Source of the DNA: Fimicolochytrium jonesii
Taxonomy: Eukaryota
Direction of reading: 5' to 3'
Assembly: GCF_025526975.1 (NCBI RefSeq)
Contig: NW_026515671.1
Location: 868,001 to 932,000 of the forward strand
Length of the DNA stretch: 64,000 nt
Position numbers and translations under genes: made by a program. This document shows, piece after piece, positions 23,701 to 36,929 of the stretch. Position 1 is the first letter of the stretch. Each line of letters starts with the position of its first letter. Under the pieces are notes generated by a model, which ran no database searches, was not told the origin of the DNA, and saw only the letters and a list, made by a program, of their open reading frames with translations.

Positions 23701-25802
23701 AGGACGCCTTGGCGAAAACCAAGTATATACCTTCCGACAAGACACTCACGCGGCCACCCGTGTTTCAAAGAGGCAATGGGCGGCAGCAGAGAAGGACGGA
23801 TTTACCCTCATCTGGCACTGACGATAGTGATGACGGCCTGCATCGCCCCCGAAAAAGCAAGGCTGAAGTAGTGACTGACAGTGAGTTGGATGCGATCGCA
23901 TTGCAAAAGCGCTATCCGCACATTCCGGAAAAGGCTATTGGAAGCTTGAGCGTGCTAGACGTGGACAAGATTCAGTACCCACTGATTGAGAAGCTCGTCG
24001 AATGGATGTGCGAGAGACTGTTACCGGGATGTGGAAAGAGGGTCCCGCCTGGCCTCGGGAATTTTAGAGGCGGGCGAGGACAACCTGGCTTGAGGGGTTC
24101 ACCCGGGGGAAGAGGCGGAAGAGGTGCTGGGAGAGGCGGCATGCAAGCAGGAATGACGCCGTCCAACATGGGCTCAGATGAGATCCCAATAGGGGACTCG
24201 TCAAATTCCGGTGGGAAAGAGCCAGCCAATCGAGGCATACTCATCTTTCTTCCGGGCTATGCCGAAATTTCTACTCTCCACGATTTGTTAACGGCAAACC
24301 CACTGATTCGCTCTGCTACCGGCAGTGGCAGGTTTTGCATTCCGCTTCACGGAAACCTGAGCTCCATGGATCAACTCCGAGTGTTCAAGCGTCCTGACGA
24401 TGGGGCAGTCAAGATCGTCATTGCTACGAACGTGGCCGAGACATCTATCACTGTGGATGACGTCGTGTGCGTCATCGATACCGGCAAGATGAAGGAAACC
24501 CGATACGATCCCGCCAAGGGGATGGCGAGTCTGGAGGAATGCTGGGTGTCGAAAGCAAACGCCATGCAAAGGAGGGGACGTGCAGGTCGTGTCACCGAAG
24601 GATTGTGTGTCCATCTGTTCACCTCACACACGTTCGAGAACGGATTGGCTCAGCAGCAGATACCAGAGATGCGCCGGACTCCGCTGGAGCAATTGTGTCT
24701 GCGGATCAAGGTTTTACCTTTCCTTCGAGGCAGAATCCACCACATTCTCGAAAACGTCATCGAGCCGCCGTCCCGTGAAGCGGTCACCAACGCTATCATG
24801 ACCCTGCGAAGCCTACAAGCGTTGACTAGAGAAGAGGATCTGACCCCATTGGGATTCCATTTGGGCCGATTGCCGGTCGACGTGCGGATTGGGAAACTCA
24901 TCGTTTTTGGAAGCATATTCCAATGCGTGGACTCGGTTCTGACGATAGCAGCCATTATGTCTCACAAAAGTCCGTTTGTCGCTCCCTTCGACAAGCGAGA
25001 AATGGCAGATGCCCGAAAACGCGATTTCGCATTGGAATCCTCCGATCAGCTCACGCTTTTGAACGCGTACAACCAGTGGTCGGCGATAAAGACAAAGGGC
25101 TTTGCGGCGGAAAAGAAGTTTCTATTCGACAATTTCCTCTCTGGCAAGTCTTTGACTATGATCGCCAGCATCAAACGTCAGCTGGCCGAGCTGCTCGAAG
25201 ACATCGGATTTCTTGACGACGGTTATGTTCAGTTCTTGAGAAACCTCGAACGTCAAAGAGGAGGCACAGGAACGGTGGACGACCATCATGCCAACGCCCG
25301 AGGCAACGACTTCAAGCTCGTCAAGGCTCTCCTCGTTGCCGCATTGTATCCGAATGTCATCAAACAAGGACCGGAAACCAAGCCTGGAGCGTCTGCGGAG
25401 TCCAACTTGATCGTCAAGGGCAACGAACAAGTCTTCATTCATCCGACCTCCATCAACTTCCGCAGGCTGCCTCCCAATGTCATGTCCAACCGTTCTTCGA
25501 CTCCGTTCCTCGTTTATCACGAGAAGGTCAAGACCTCGAAAGTGTTCGTGCGCGACTCGTCGCTCGTCACGTCGCACGCCCTTGCCTTCTTTGGCGGCTC
25601 GGTGAAGTGGGATCCAAGGCAAGGGTATCTCAACATGGAGGATGGGTGGATTCGTTTCAGAGCGCAGCCCAAGGTTGCCGCCGTGATCGAGGGTGCGAGG
25701 GCGGCGTTGGATGAGGTTCTTCAACGCAAGATTCAGGAACCGACATTGGATATTTCCAACGATCCCATTTTTGATGTCATCGTGAGCGTGGTTACGGGAT
25801 AG
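20741..25802 (+). CDS. DEAH-box RNA helicase, DHX57/YLR419W-like (RGG + acidic N-terminus, UBA-like, RWD-like, YwbE insert, helicase-HA2-OB), 3 exons
   Basis: Motifs RLPAW, GETGCGKTTQVPQ|FIL, TQPRRISA, GYQIRLE, DEVH, MSAT, ATNVAETSIT, QRRGRAGR, HPTS and YHEKVKTSKVF. YPFEPP is an RWD-type motif. Introns start at ~21567 and ~23104. Confidence 0.93.
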
Positions 25803-26617
25803 GAACAATCGTCAGACTCGAAGCGAGGCGCTCCAAAAAACAAAGCCTTCTATGTAGGTTCCAGCACCCTCTGTTGCCGGACAAGTCGGACCTCGCGTCA
25901 AGTCACGAAATCCTCATGGTGATTTATTATATAGTTCGGTCCTTTATCATAGTTGGTCGCTTTCACGGCGTTTCAAAGGTGTTGGGAGGCTTAAGCTAGC
26001 TGCTTGTAAGCGAATCCATAGACTCGCAAGTGACCTGCCCACGGTTCATCTCTCATTGAAGTGAAGGTTAGGGATTGGCTGGCAGAGGCAGGGTGGAACG
26101 TGTACGATGACATTCGGCAATTCATCAAAAGACCCCGCTGATTCACCTACCCGGAGGCGATGCGTCGATTGTCAGAACAACAGCGAAACCTTTCAAGTCC
26201 TTCAAAGATTGGTCAGGTTCGCTTGGACTTCCTTGAGGGACAGGCTTTCCGAGTGAACTAATCGTGTATCGCCATCCGCTCAGGGCCTGTCTGCTGCACT
26301 GGGAGCAACTCGCCGATCGGTACTCTTGATTTGCCACCAATACGATGCGGAGCCATTCAAGCGGCCACCGGCATCCGCCCATTTGTCCGAAATCTCAGAA
26401 TCCGCCAACGCAGCGAAGGAAGCTGGGGTGGAGTTCTGGCAGATCAATCTGTTGTTGACGCAAAAGGCGTGCAATTTGGAAGGTTATGTCAATTACCGGA
26501 TGAATATTGAGGAGAATGCTGATGTCTAAAGCGCATGAAAGGGAATTGCAACGGTTTGGTATTCTAAGCACTACGTTCATCAACTGCTTCTTTTGCCGTC
26601 ACGGCACTCGCATCGGT

Positions 26618-27873
26618 CTATGCGATTTGTCCATTTGTCGGCAAAGGCTGAACGGATGTGCCTTTCGTCACAACCCCTGTGTTCTTCACCGAAGTCATTC
26701 CTGGGTGGCTCGTCGTAGCGGACAATACTTCGCCCTGCGACTTCTGCGTGGACGCTCCGCCGTACACCTTGGAGAGGGATATGCCGAACTCTAGGTTCGT
26801 AACGGCTCTCAATAGGATGGTCGCATTAGTGACTTGCGAGTCAAAGAGAACTGGGTACCCAAGAAATATGAGGATCTGAAAGAATTGCGAACGAGTCAAT
26901 ACAAAAATTGATCAACGATGTTTCTATAACCTTGTTGGGGCTTACCTTCAGGATAACATCCAGAATTACGAGCACCCATACGAGGGCGTAGTGCTTCCAC
27001 ATACTGGCCCGCATCTGTTGAGTGGTTGACGATCGCTTGACGGGCGCACTCCCGGCAATCTCCACCTGCGACAATGGTTGACTGGAAGAAACCGTCGCTC
27101 CCCTTGCCCTCCCAACGCGCATAAGTAACAAGATGTCGGAGACGGTAGCAAAGACCTCGGTGGCAATCACGAGGCCGACATTGAGGGGCTTGAAAATCTG
27201 CTTGTTTTCGTCCGACGTGTTCAGCCCTTGCTTGGCAGCGATGGTGGAGGGAAATCCCATGAAGATTGGGAGAAGGACCAAGATGGTCAAAGGGTAAAGT
27301 GCTAAGCAGTAAAGCGAAAGCTTCTGGGGTCGCAGACGAGATGAGCTCGATGAGAGCGCAATGTATATCCGAATGATAGTGTTGTGGTTGATACAGCATA
27401 GACCAAGCTGGAAAGACCGTTCATGTTAGTAAATTGGCTCTGTGACTTCATCCTCAGCTCAACTCGGTCCTACCTGCACTCCCCAGAAAATTATGAGGAC
27501 GACGATGTCTGTAAATGCCGGTACAGTGGTAAGTACACAATGGCGCTCTAGATGAATGAAAGCGAAGCTTGGAAACCTTACCTTGCAAGATGAAGGCGGC
27601 TTTCGTTTGATTCAGACCAAGACTTATAATTCCCGCCACGACCACTGCCATGCATAGCGTGATCAGAGACCGCTGCCGGTCTTGGTCGCCGACTAGTCTC
27701 CATGAGAGACCATGAGAACTCCACGCCTGAGGATATGTGGTTCATCAGTAACCCAATCGCAACTCGGTACTCTGCTACATTGACTGTACCTGGATAGCGT
27801 AGACAACAACCATTCCACACACCAATGATCCCCCTTCGAGGGGAATCACATTGTTAATGGGCATAGACGCCAT
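26618..27873 (-). CDS. Orphan multi-pass (about 7 TM) membrane protein, GPCR-like, 5 exons
   Basis: Phase-consistent splicing gives MASMPINNVIPLEGGSLVCGMVVVYAIQ|AWSS...LITLCMAVVVAGIISLGL...|DIVVLIIFWGVQ|LGLCCINHNTIIR...LYCLALYPLTILVLLPIF...VGLVIATEVFATVSDILLL...YALVWVLVILDVILK|ILIFLGYPVLFD..., then an S/T-rich tail. Confidence 0.6.
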
Positions 27874-29224
27874 GTTCCAAGCGAGATAGATGAAGAGACA
27901 GATTTTTTTGGCTTGAAGGAGGCGGGGCCGCAAAAGTTCGAAGGGAGGTCTTATGTGTTCGGTCAGCCTGACTTCATCCAGCGGTGTGGCGCGGGTAAGA
28001 ATTACTTCCGTGGTCACTGCGTGCGTAAAATAGATCTCAATTGTCGACTTCATCTTCTTTCATTGTCAACCGGAGGAGGGGGGCCGATCGAGTTTGGCTC
28101 GGAACCCCCGATTTTAAAACACTATTCTTCGTCTTCTGACAGAATTCGACAGCGCGCTTTGGGGGTGGCGCAAGTGGCGTAGGACGAACGTGCGGTTTGA
28201 GCTTATTTTAGATGCCTTCCTTGAACGGGACCGTGGGCCAATACAACGCGTTCCACGGTTCCAGAAAGTGTATATATACCAGGCCCACAATACTTGATCT
28301 CACTTGAGCGCACTGTACAGTGGATTCTGGAATGCTCTAGACGGCCAGACCTACCCCACCCATCAATATGAGTAATGACATACCTCGCAACGCCGCGCAG
28401 AAGAGTGCCATGGATGGCGTATAGGCGGTTAGACTTACGTGACACCGGATGTTTTAACTACTCACGGACGACAACACTTCGGGACGGCATGGATAAGTTT
28501 GCACAGTTTGTTTTTGCGGCCTATAAAAGGACGCCTCAAGTGCCGCCGTCCTCCCTACCCTGACTCCCTACCTACAAACCGACCCGGAAGCAACAGGTAA
28601 AGATGCGCGTCAAACATCGCGGATCCGGGTACTTCAGATTTTTTTCCTTATATATCTGGAGCTACCGGCATTTGAGATGCGCTACCAGCGTCCGGCTTCT
28701 TTGTTCCAGCTTCTCGGCGTACCAACCACCAGGTGTATCCTAAATTTCTGCTCAAATCCCTTGGATCTCAAACAGCCTCCGGAGGTGCGTAAATCGAGTT
28801 GGCAAAGGTCTTCAGACGTGCTCCGGTGAGCCAGAGGTTGCATATTAGTACTGTACTGTATGCTACCTTGGCACGAGTATCCTCCATCAGAAACGAAAGC
28901 TTGGTAAAGCCCAAGGAGTAGATTCAAACATCGGAAAATTGTAGTGGTCTTTAAACGAGACCGTACGTAGATAAGGAAAAGGTAAGCATTTCCTAAGTCA
29001 ACCTTCAACCCGAGCTGGAACTCAAGCGCTCTAATTAACTACCAAGTAAATTGTGGGCCTCAGGCTTGTGACTCCAATTCTCACGTCATCTCAGAGGATC
29101 GATCATCAATCAAAGGACGCGGTGCGGAACGGTCCATGTCGGACTGCAATCATGAATGACCCTTCCCTCGAACCGGACGGACTGATGCTAAAACTTGCAT
29201 TATGAGAGTATCCATTTGTAACCT

Positions 29225-30700
29225 CTACTTCTTCTTCATGGAGAACTTTAAGCCGCCTCCACTTCCACCTCCGAAGCCAAACGATATCTTTTTCTCCGTC
29301 GGCTTTGCGATTTGAACAGCTGGGAAGCGGCCAGCTGCCGAATCACGCGGGATGGGTGCGGCAGCTGCTGCAAAATTTGCCGAAGGCGTCGAAAATGCTG
29401 ACACGCCGTTCTTTACGCCGTTCGATGGAACAGCCGATGGGTTTTCTGAGGAGGCCGGATTTTGCGCCGGCACGAACGATTGGGATCTTAGTCCTTCGAC
29501 TTTACTTTGAGGTTCTGAATCCACTTGCGCAAACCCCTTCCCCCACCCAGACGAGATGTTCTCGTCATGAGCATGAGCAGCGGGTTGGGAAGGGGCAAAA
29601 GCGTTGACCCATCCGGACTCTCCAGCCTCGGCCGTTCGTGTTATCGTTCGATCGCGGGCCATTGCAGCTTCCTGCAGCTTCCGCAGTTCCTTCTCCTCCC
29701 TAGCACGCTCCTTGTCCCCACGTCTCCGCTTCTCCGCAACGACATTTAGCCCTTTCCGGCTCATCTCTTTCATCTCCTTGAAACGCTTCGCGTGATGGTG
29801 ATCGTACGAGACGAGGTGTGCCTCGTATTCCGATATCTTGCTGTACTGTTTCCGGCAGGTCTCACAGAAGAATGCCGCAGTGACGGCCTTGATTTCTTCT
29901 TTTATTGCCTCCACTCGCTGCACTTTGGTCTATTTTGGTGGCGAGCGAACATAGGTGTGTCGTAAGGCAATAGCATTTGTGATGGCATATCGAGTTGGCG
30001 ACAGGGAAGGTATAAGAAAGGGAGAAAGGGAAGAGAGAAAGAGTGAAAGGGATACTGCAGTACGAGAGGGGTACGCCATAGAACCCACGTAGTAATAGCG
30101 AAACGACAGTGCCGCCGACATTCCAATTGTTCAACGGTGAACATAAACCGCAGGCCGCCCGATACGCGACCAGGAATATAGGGCTGATAATTACCTGGCG
30201 TTGGTCCCGCTCAGCCTCCGTTTCCTCGGCAATCTTCTCGCTATCCAGCGCTTTTCGCTTTGCCGTGCTCTCTTGGTGATATGTATCCAATTCCTCCCCT
30301 TTTCCAACACCTAGAGTGTCCTCCTTGACAATGATACGGACGGGATCCACTCGGCCTGAGTCGGTTGAAAGGATGCTCTCAGAGGGCAACTCACAGGAGC
30401 GCTCAGTAGGAGCTATGCACCCGTACCTTCTCCGCCCCGCCCCAGTCCTTTCCCCTTGCTCCAACCCATCTTCAGAAGGAGTTGGTATCCAACATTGTGT
30501 TCCGGTAAATGGCTATCCATCGAGGTCTGATCCATACTGTGCAGGTCGAGATAGGCCGTCGGTGGGCCTAGCGGCAAATGGAAGTCATCGTCGTCGGAAT
30601 CCCGCCGCCGATTTGCGGGCTGTCCCGCCGCTGGAGCGAAACCGCCGCTACCGCCGCTTCCGCCCCTTCGTGAGTTGACCCTTTCGTAGTAGCTACCCAT
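29225..30700 (-). CDS. G-patch + C2H2/matrin-type zinc finger protein (GPATCH8-like), 3 exons
   Basis: NVGYQLLLKMGWSKGKGLG..G|RVDPVRI..DTLGVGK (G-patch) and FFCETCRKQYSKISEYEAHLVSYDHHH (ZnF). Confidence 0.88.
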
Positions 30701-31462
30701 CCTGGTTATCAGACGCAAACTCTTTGTTCGTTCCCTTTCCGACTTCCGACTGATGGTGGGTAGCGATTGCGTGGTGGATGGTGACGAAGTGTCAGGAGCT
30801 CCTTGGCAAGCGTAGAAAGCCGGTGTTAGCAGAACGCCGCATATGCGCCACACGTCTCAATGGGTTGTCCGAATGAGCGAACATCCTGAATGCAGATCTG
30901 CAGCACATGTCATCGGCCCCGAAGTTCTGCAGCTGCTCAGCACACATAAACCAACCAATACCATGCAAGGGTTCCTCGCCGCTGCTCTGCCATGACCCAC
31001 CACCGCAAAAAGTTACCTCCGAAAGGGTGAGTGTGGACGTATGTATGTGGTCTGTGCGTCCCGCTGTCAGAAAGACCACTCTCCACACGACAGCCGAAAA
31101 CTGACTCGCTCGTTCTTACTATAGCACAAAGCCTTTGACCTCGTACTTTAATAGGTAAAGATAAAGATGCAGTGCTCATCTCTAGTGAATCCTTTAGGCT
31201 AATGTAGGGCTCTTCTCTGGTTGTTCCGTTTTGGCCCGCACTCAGTGTTCCCCCCAAGAAGGGGTGAGTGCCGCAGTCGGTGACCGTAGTCACATTTCGC
31301 AAGTGGCAGGAAATTCTCATGCATCTAGATGCATATTCGTTGATGCAGAAGCGGGCTGATTACGACGTACTTCGGAAGATCCGATAGTGCAAACCAGGAG
31401 GAAGAAGGTACGTACTCCATATTCATAGCATTCACAACTCTGCGTTTCGCACCAGACAAACA

Positions 31463-34179
31463 TTGAAGCGGATTCCTCGATTAGAGCCTATTGTGACGCC
31501 TCCGGAGCCGGAAGATAACATGCCTGCATTGCCCGTCAAAAGTGAAAGCGACGATAGGGCGGGAAATGCGCGGACCCCTGGCTTAAAACGCAACAAATCC
31601 ATTGATGATGGGTACAGGCAGCCAAAGAGAGTGAAAATAGAAGTAGAAATAGTATCACCACCACGAAGAGCAAGCTCCAGCCGGGCTCAAGCAACTACAG
31701 CGACAAAGGAGGGCAAAGTGGACCCAATCCTCGAAACGCCCGTACGAGCTACCTCTACGATTGCAAATGCGCCACGGACCGCGGACCCGAATGCCGTATC
31801 GGATGATGACGCCCTGTCTGACCATGAATTTAGCGATTGGATGAAATCTGTACCCGGAAGGTGAATCGGCGTTGTTTGCTTTCCATCCGGTCCGCCCGTG
31901 GCTGATTCTTTCATCCCTAAAGCTCTTCCGCGCGTCGATCCACGCGTGCGAAAAAGTCGGTCAGCTATGCTCCGCCACCGCTCGATCCTTTGGAAGATGA
32001 CCCTGCACTAGATAGTGGGGATGACTCCCCCGCAGCCTTACTGAGCAAGTTGAGGGGCGGCGGCAGGATTGGGGCAGGAAGTGGAGTTGGAAGTGGCTTC
32101 AAGAAGAAGCCTATGTTTACTATGGACAAACTGCTTGCCGACAAAAGAAAGCTGGACAAGAGACGCGAACAGCAAAAGAATCTTGAGATTGCCATCGAAC
32201 AAGTACGACGGCCGCACCTGGACGTTACCTGCGCATGCTGTTGCTTATTTAGACTTTTCTTCTAGGTTGTGAAACGGGAGACTGATGGGTCTGTAGGGGA
32301 AGACAATATCCCCGCAGTCTCTGGGGAGATCTTGTCGGATGAGACGAAAGAAGTGATGAAAGACGTAGGTTACGCGTTACTCTTTTCGCTGCCTCAACAG
32401 CAAGTGTCTAGCATCTTCCCACCCAAAGATCTTGAAACCACTGCCACATGTCAAACGGGCTCATCGGTTACGCATTCTGAGACCAAAGGTAGGCGACTTA
32501 CGCCCCTCTGATCTCTTGCGTGTGATGCATTGGGTAATCATGATTCCCCTCAGAAATCCAGCCCCAGAAAGTGGAACCCTCGCGAATTTTCCTTGCCACC
32601 AAGAGTCCTTGAGCCGGTTACTGGTTCGTATGCACTCGACATGAGTGAAAAGTTAGTGGTTTGCGCAGCTAATAAGTGTCATTCAGATAGAAGACGAGCA
32701 GTATCCCTTCTTCGCACAAATGCATTCTCACGGATGGCAGCGGAATCCGAATCTCTCCGAGAGGCTCTGTTGTGCTGGCTGTTTGCAATAGGTATGGCTC
32801 GGGTCGGAGACTGACATCGTGTCCCTCATTAGCTAAGTGGCCATTCTCAAACGCCCGCAGCAATATTGGATAACGATGTCGTCGTTGCAAACATGTCGAT
32901 GCGTCAGTTCCTGCAAATCTCGGTTAAGGTAGTAGCACCATTTATCTCTAATTGAGAGTATAACCTCATGTATTCCTTCTCAGGTATTCGATCTGACCCT
33001 GCTTAGACCCACATTCACCAGCCTTCTGCAAGAAGATTTGGGGTGTCCCGCCGAAATCCCCGACGGGAAACGTCCCATCTCATTGACGGACTGGAGGGAG
33101 GAAGTGTCGGAGGACACGGCTGACACGGTACCTGTTGCGACGCACGGCTTTTCCAACGCAATGGTCATGCTAGGCGATCTGGCAAGCAAGGGGTGCGTAG
33201 TTCTCCAATTGAAAAATCGTGTCCGCCCTCTTGCTGACGCGTAAGACTACTTCAGGGTTTTGGCGGGGTCTACCACCGAACTCCCATATTACATCCGCGT
33301 AGCACTCCTGCTATCATTAGACTATCGGCTTGGGCGCACTTGCTTGGAGACCATCGGAACATGCATCGCCCAGCTTTGCGATGCGTTGAAACGATCGAAC
33401 GACTGGGAAACCCTATCGACCGACATCATAGAACATATGCTGGACACAACGAAACAGGACGTTTTCGAGCAGCATCACATTCTGGAGGCTCTCAAATGGG
33501 CAGCAGCCACATCGCCTGCGGCATGGGAGCTCAGATTACGTTTGGCAACCAGTTTTGTTGAGCAACATGGCTCAGAGGAACCATGCAGCGACTGCAGGAC
33601 GGGGAAAGCGGATACCTCCCATAGACTGAAATGCATATGGAACGCCATGCAAAGGGATGAGTTTTCAGCTTCGCGCTTCAAACAGTCGGGGTTGCCTGAG
33701 GATTATGTGAAGATGACGATGGCGGTCAAGATACTGGGGATCGCTCTGGGATCAGTGGACGACTTACAGAAGGATAAGGTAGATGCGCACAACGGTTTTG
33801 GCGCAAGTAAACAAACTGCTCAACCCAATTTCCTCCTGTAATCGGCAGAAAATGGCAAACGAGATTGCAAAACGTTTGAGGTTGATATTTGGAAACATTG
33901 CTGACCCACGGGCATCATATATTGAGCGCTCAGAGGTACATTCTTCTGACCATTTTACTGCCGTCACAACGTCTAGTATCTAATTTTCAAACAACGTATG
34001 TTCTCCCATAGGCGAAGCACGAACTTGTCACTTTGAGCAGCTGGATTCGCCTAGTAGCACCTATCACTGATTCAGATACTCAAACGCGACTACCATTCAC
34101 GAAAAAGGAACCTATGGAACCGCCACTTGCCATCCAAACAGAACCAAGTATGGCTCCAGATATGTCGTCGAAGGAATAG
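31463..34179 (+). CDS. Multi-exon protein, probable Nse6/SLF2 (FAM178)-like SMC5/6 loader; true start uncertain (probably further upstream)
   Basis: Disordered N-terminus, FTMDKLLADK, LLCWLF, LLLSLDYRL, and C-terminal GNIADPRASYIERSE|AKHEL, resembling recalled FAM178/Nse6 blocks. GT-AG introns occur at the ORF breaks. Stop TAG at 34177-34179. Confidence 0.5.
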
Positions 34180-34506
34180 GCGGGCGTCAGAGGTTCCCTG
34201 TCACCCAAAGAAAGACTCACTTTTGGCACCATCCATCTGAGGTGGGTGCACCGGCCTTACGTCGGGCGTCGCGGCGTATAGTCTTCAACGATTGTGCCTT
34301 AGATAGCCCCTACACACTCCGACCAAGAGGAGGCGGTTTCCACACGTTTTGTAGCATAATCATCGCACATCGATATTGTTTTGCCGTGATCGCGGGGTCG
34401 CCTTTGAGGACCCTTCCTTTTTCCTTTTGAACCTGGCTTCCTTCCAATGCCAGTAGCATGGTTGCCTGCCAACGTCTCGTGGTGTAGTGAAGGGTCCCCC
34501 TGGCTC

Positions 34507-35109
34507 CTACTGAACAGCGCTAGCTTCGGCTTTCCCTTTTCTGCTCTTTTTCTTTTTCTTACTCGCACTCAGATAGGCCACCATGGGATCCTTTGGCTTC
34601 TGAATGACCTTCGAGGTGCTAGCGACTTTGCGCAGCTTATGTTCTTTTTCGTCGTCGTCATCGGCGTCTCCTGCTTCTAGAGAATGAGGAACGCAGAACC
34701 CCCTCCACCCCATCATTGCTGCGAGACCAACCTTTTCTTCTCGGCTTTCTCCACAGCCAGGTCTCCTTCCTCAGGTGCCGGTTGCCCATTTATCGCCAGT
34801 GCGTGAGGCGTACCGATTAGTTTTCTCTTCAACTGAGCATTGCGAGTCGACTGTGCCGGGTCAGCGGCATACAGAGCTTGCGGCCTGTTTGAATGCCAAT
34901 TCTGGTCAGGCATGTGCTTTGCTCTTAGTGAAAAGCCAGCAGCCCTGACGCACCCACCGTTTCGTCTCGCTGTGGTGTTTGTTCTTCTCGTGTGCAGGCT
35001 CTTTTGGAAGCCAGCCGGAGACGAGCTTGCGGACCAAGCCTACGGACACCTCCGCTTTTGCCCGTATGTCGTCGAGATCCTCGCTCATTTTTCTGGGAGT
35101 TTCCGCCAT
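34507..35109 (-). CDS. Small basic hypothetical protein, DUF3245-like, 3 exons
   Basis: MAETPRK...AKAEVSVGLVRKLVSGWLP...NAQLKRKLIG..., ending in a poly-Lys tail (YLSASKKKKK). Confidence 0.55.
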
Positions 35110-35875
35110 GTGCGAGGTCTGGACCTTTTTCGAGGTGCGCAGCGCCTTTCGATGGCTTTTTGATAGTTTTTTGACAGTAGTCTCGGTTCGCCAACATCTT
35201 GCAGTTTCCAACTTGACGTACTATACTGTACGTACGCAAATTGGTTCATCTATGAAGAGCCAGCTATACCCTGTTTTCACAAAGGCGTGCATAATGCATA
35301 TCGTTGTTACGGCGCCATGTGTGACGACACCTCAGGCAGGAGAGTAAGAAAGGCATGGGATGTGCTAGGAATCAGGGATTCGGGTGGACCCGAAGCATCT
35401 CACCCTCATCGAATGGACAAATGTCAGTTCCACCTCAAGAGCATCCATTGAGCACTGCCGACCCCACTTCGGCATCAGACCGATCTCTTTTTCCATAACC
35501 TCTTTCCATAACCTCTTTCTCCAGCCCTTTCCGTCGCGCGTCCCAGAGTTATCTTGCCTTAAATAAGCTAAGGGTTCTGCTGTTCGTCCCTATATCTCAG
35601 CCCTACAGGCGCCGAGCGCCTACACATCATATATTCGTCCGTTCCATCCAATCGCGAGTCAAGTGTCCAAAATCCCTGATTTGAAATCTGCACAACGATC
35701 GTGTTTTTGTCTGAAAGCTCTCTTCAAGTTGAAAACGTTCGCTCCTACGCCTCGCTGTTCTCCCTATGTAGTGAGCCCTGATTTATGGTGGCGACAGGTC
35801 GGGGACGATGGTGAACTCTATGGATGGTGAATCTGGTGGGGATAAGTCTATGTGCTGTTTCTCGGGGTTGACGAT

Positions 35876-36266
35876 TTACAAGGCATTCTCCTTCTGTGCC
35901 CTCCTCAGGTAAGCATTGCTGACGACGTTCCAAGCCTCCTGATACCTGTCGGAACACCGTTGCAAGCAAGTCTGGAAAAAAAAGTAGTTAAGCACTCATC
36001 ACACGGGAGGATCGACTTTCATTCGGGAGTTCGGTTGTACGCCTGCTTACCTGCTCGGAGCTATCTAACTTTGCTCCGGGCTTGGGTACACACTTTGCGA
36101 AGCACTTCTTGTTTATTTGCTACAGGATGCGGACCGGTTTCAGCCAGGGCTCCACGGGTGCACTCGGTCGTCCTTGGGTACTCACCGATAGTAATTCTTG
36201 AAAGTTCTGCATAGCAACCTCCCTGCGGATCTGGTCCATGATCTCCTGTGTCTTTTCCCCAGCCAT
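35876..36266 (-). CDS. TIM13: Mitochondrial small Tim chaperone Tim13, 3 exons
   Basis: MAGEKTQEIMDQIRREVAMQNFQELLS|...KCFAKCVPKPGAKLDSSEQ|TCLQRCSDRYQEAWNVVSNAYLRR, with the twin CX3C motif. Confidence 0.93.
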
Positions 36267-36929
36267 TGTTGTATTAGAGTTCTTGAGAAAGGCGTCAAGG
36301 TTGTTGAAGCGGTTGTGGGTGGGATTGCAAAATTGAAGAATTGCTGTGTGGGAGTTGTTGGGTCGAACACTGGGCAACACTGGGTCAAACACGGGGAACA
36401 AACAGAACGAGAACGCGGGAGAAGCGGGAGACTTTGGACCAATGGCCCCAGCATTGGCCCATTGGTCCCGATCCTCACAATCGGTCCCACAGGAGGCACG
36501 TTTGAATCGCGATATCAGGCCGACAACCACAGGTCTCCTCAAACCAGGGCCGACAAAGCAGGTGTATATACTCGTAGAGCGGAACGCGGAAGGTGCTGCA
36601 CCAGAGACGGGTGACGTCCATCTTGTGTTCTCACTTTCCAATACAGACCTGTAAGAAGCTCGCTCATAGTCGACACTAATATCAAGGGAATTACGGAATT
36701 CGGACGGTTCCCACATTCCACCCGGTTCTCATTAAAAAGAGGAACCTGTGCAAGACAGGTCGGTAAATGGCCACTATATCTAAAAATCGTTCACGTATCC
36801 CTCGAGTCCCATTATCGGCTGCACGATAACACCTCCAATCCTCTGGATACGATCGTTCCATTGCATGCCATCCCTCATTGGCCCAACGACACCTTTTGAA
36901 TGGGGGCATTTGGTGGTTTGGACTCAGAT

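Noticed and set aside
31319..31334. Perfect 16-bp palindrome ATGCATCTAGATGCAT
   Set aside because: It is a single occurrence in a probable intron/5' region, with no associated element or target-site duplication.
35490..35518. Short direct repeat TTTCCATAACCTCT x2 (similar short repeats at 36360-36396)
   Set aside because: This is a local slippage duplication, not CRISPR or a transposon end.
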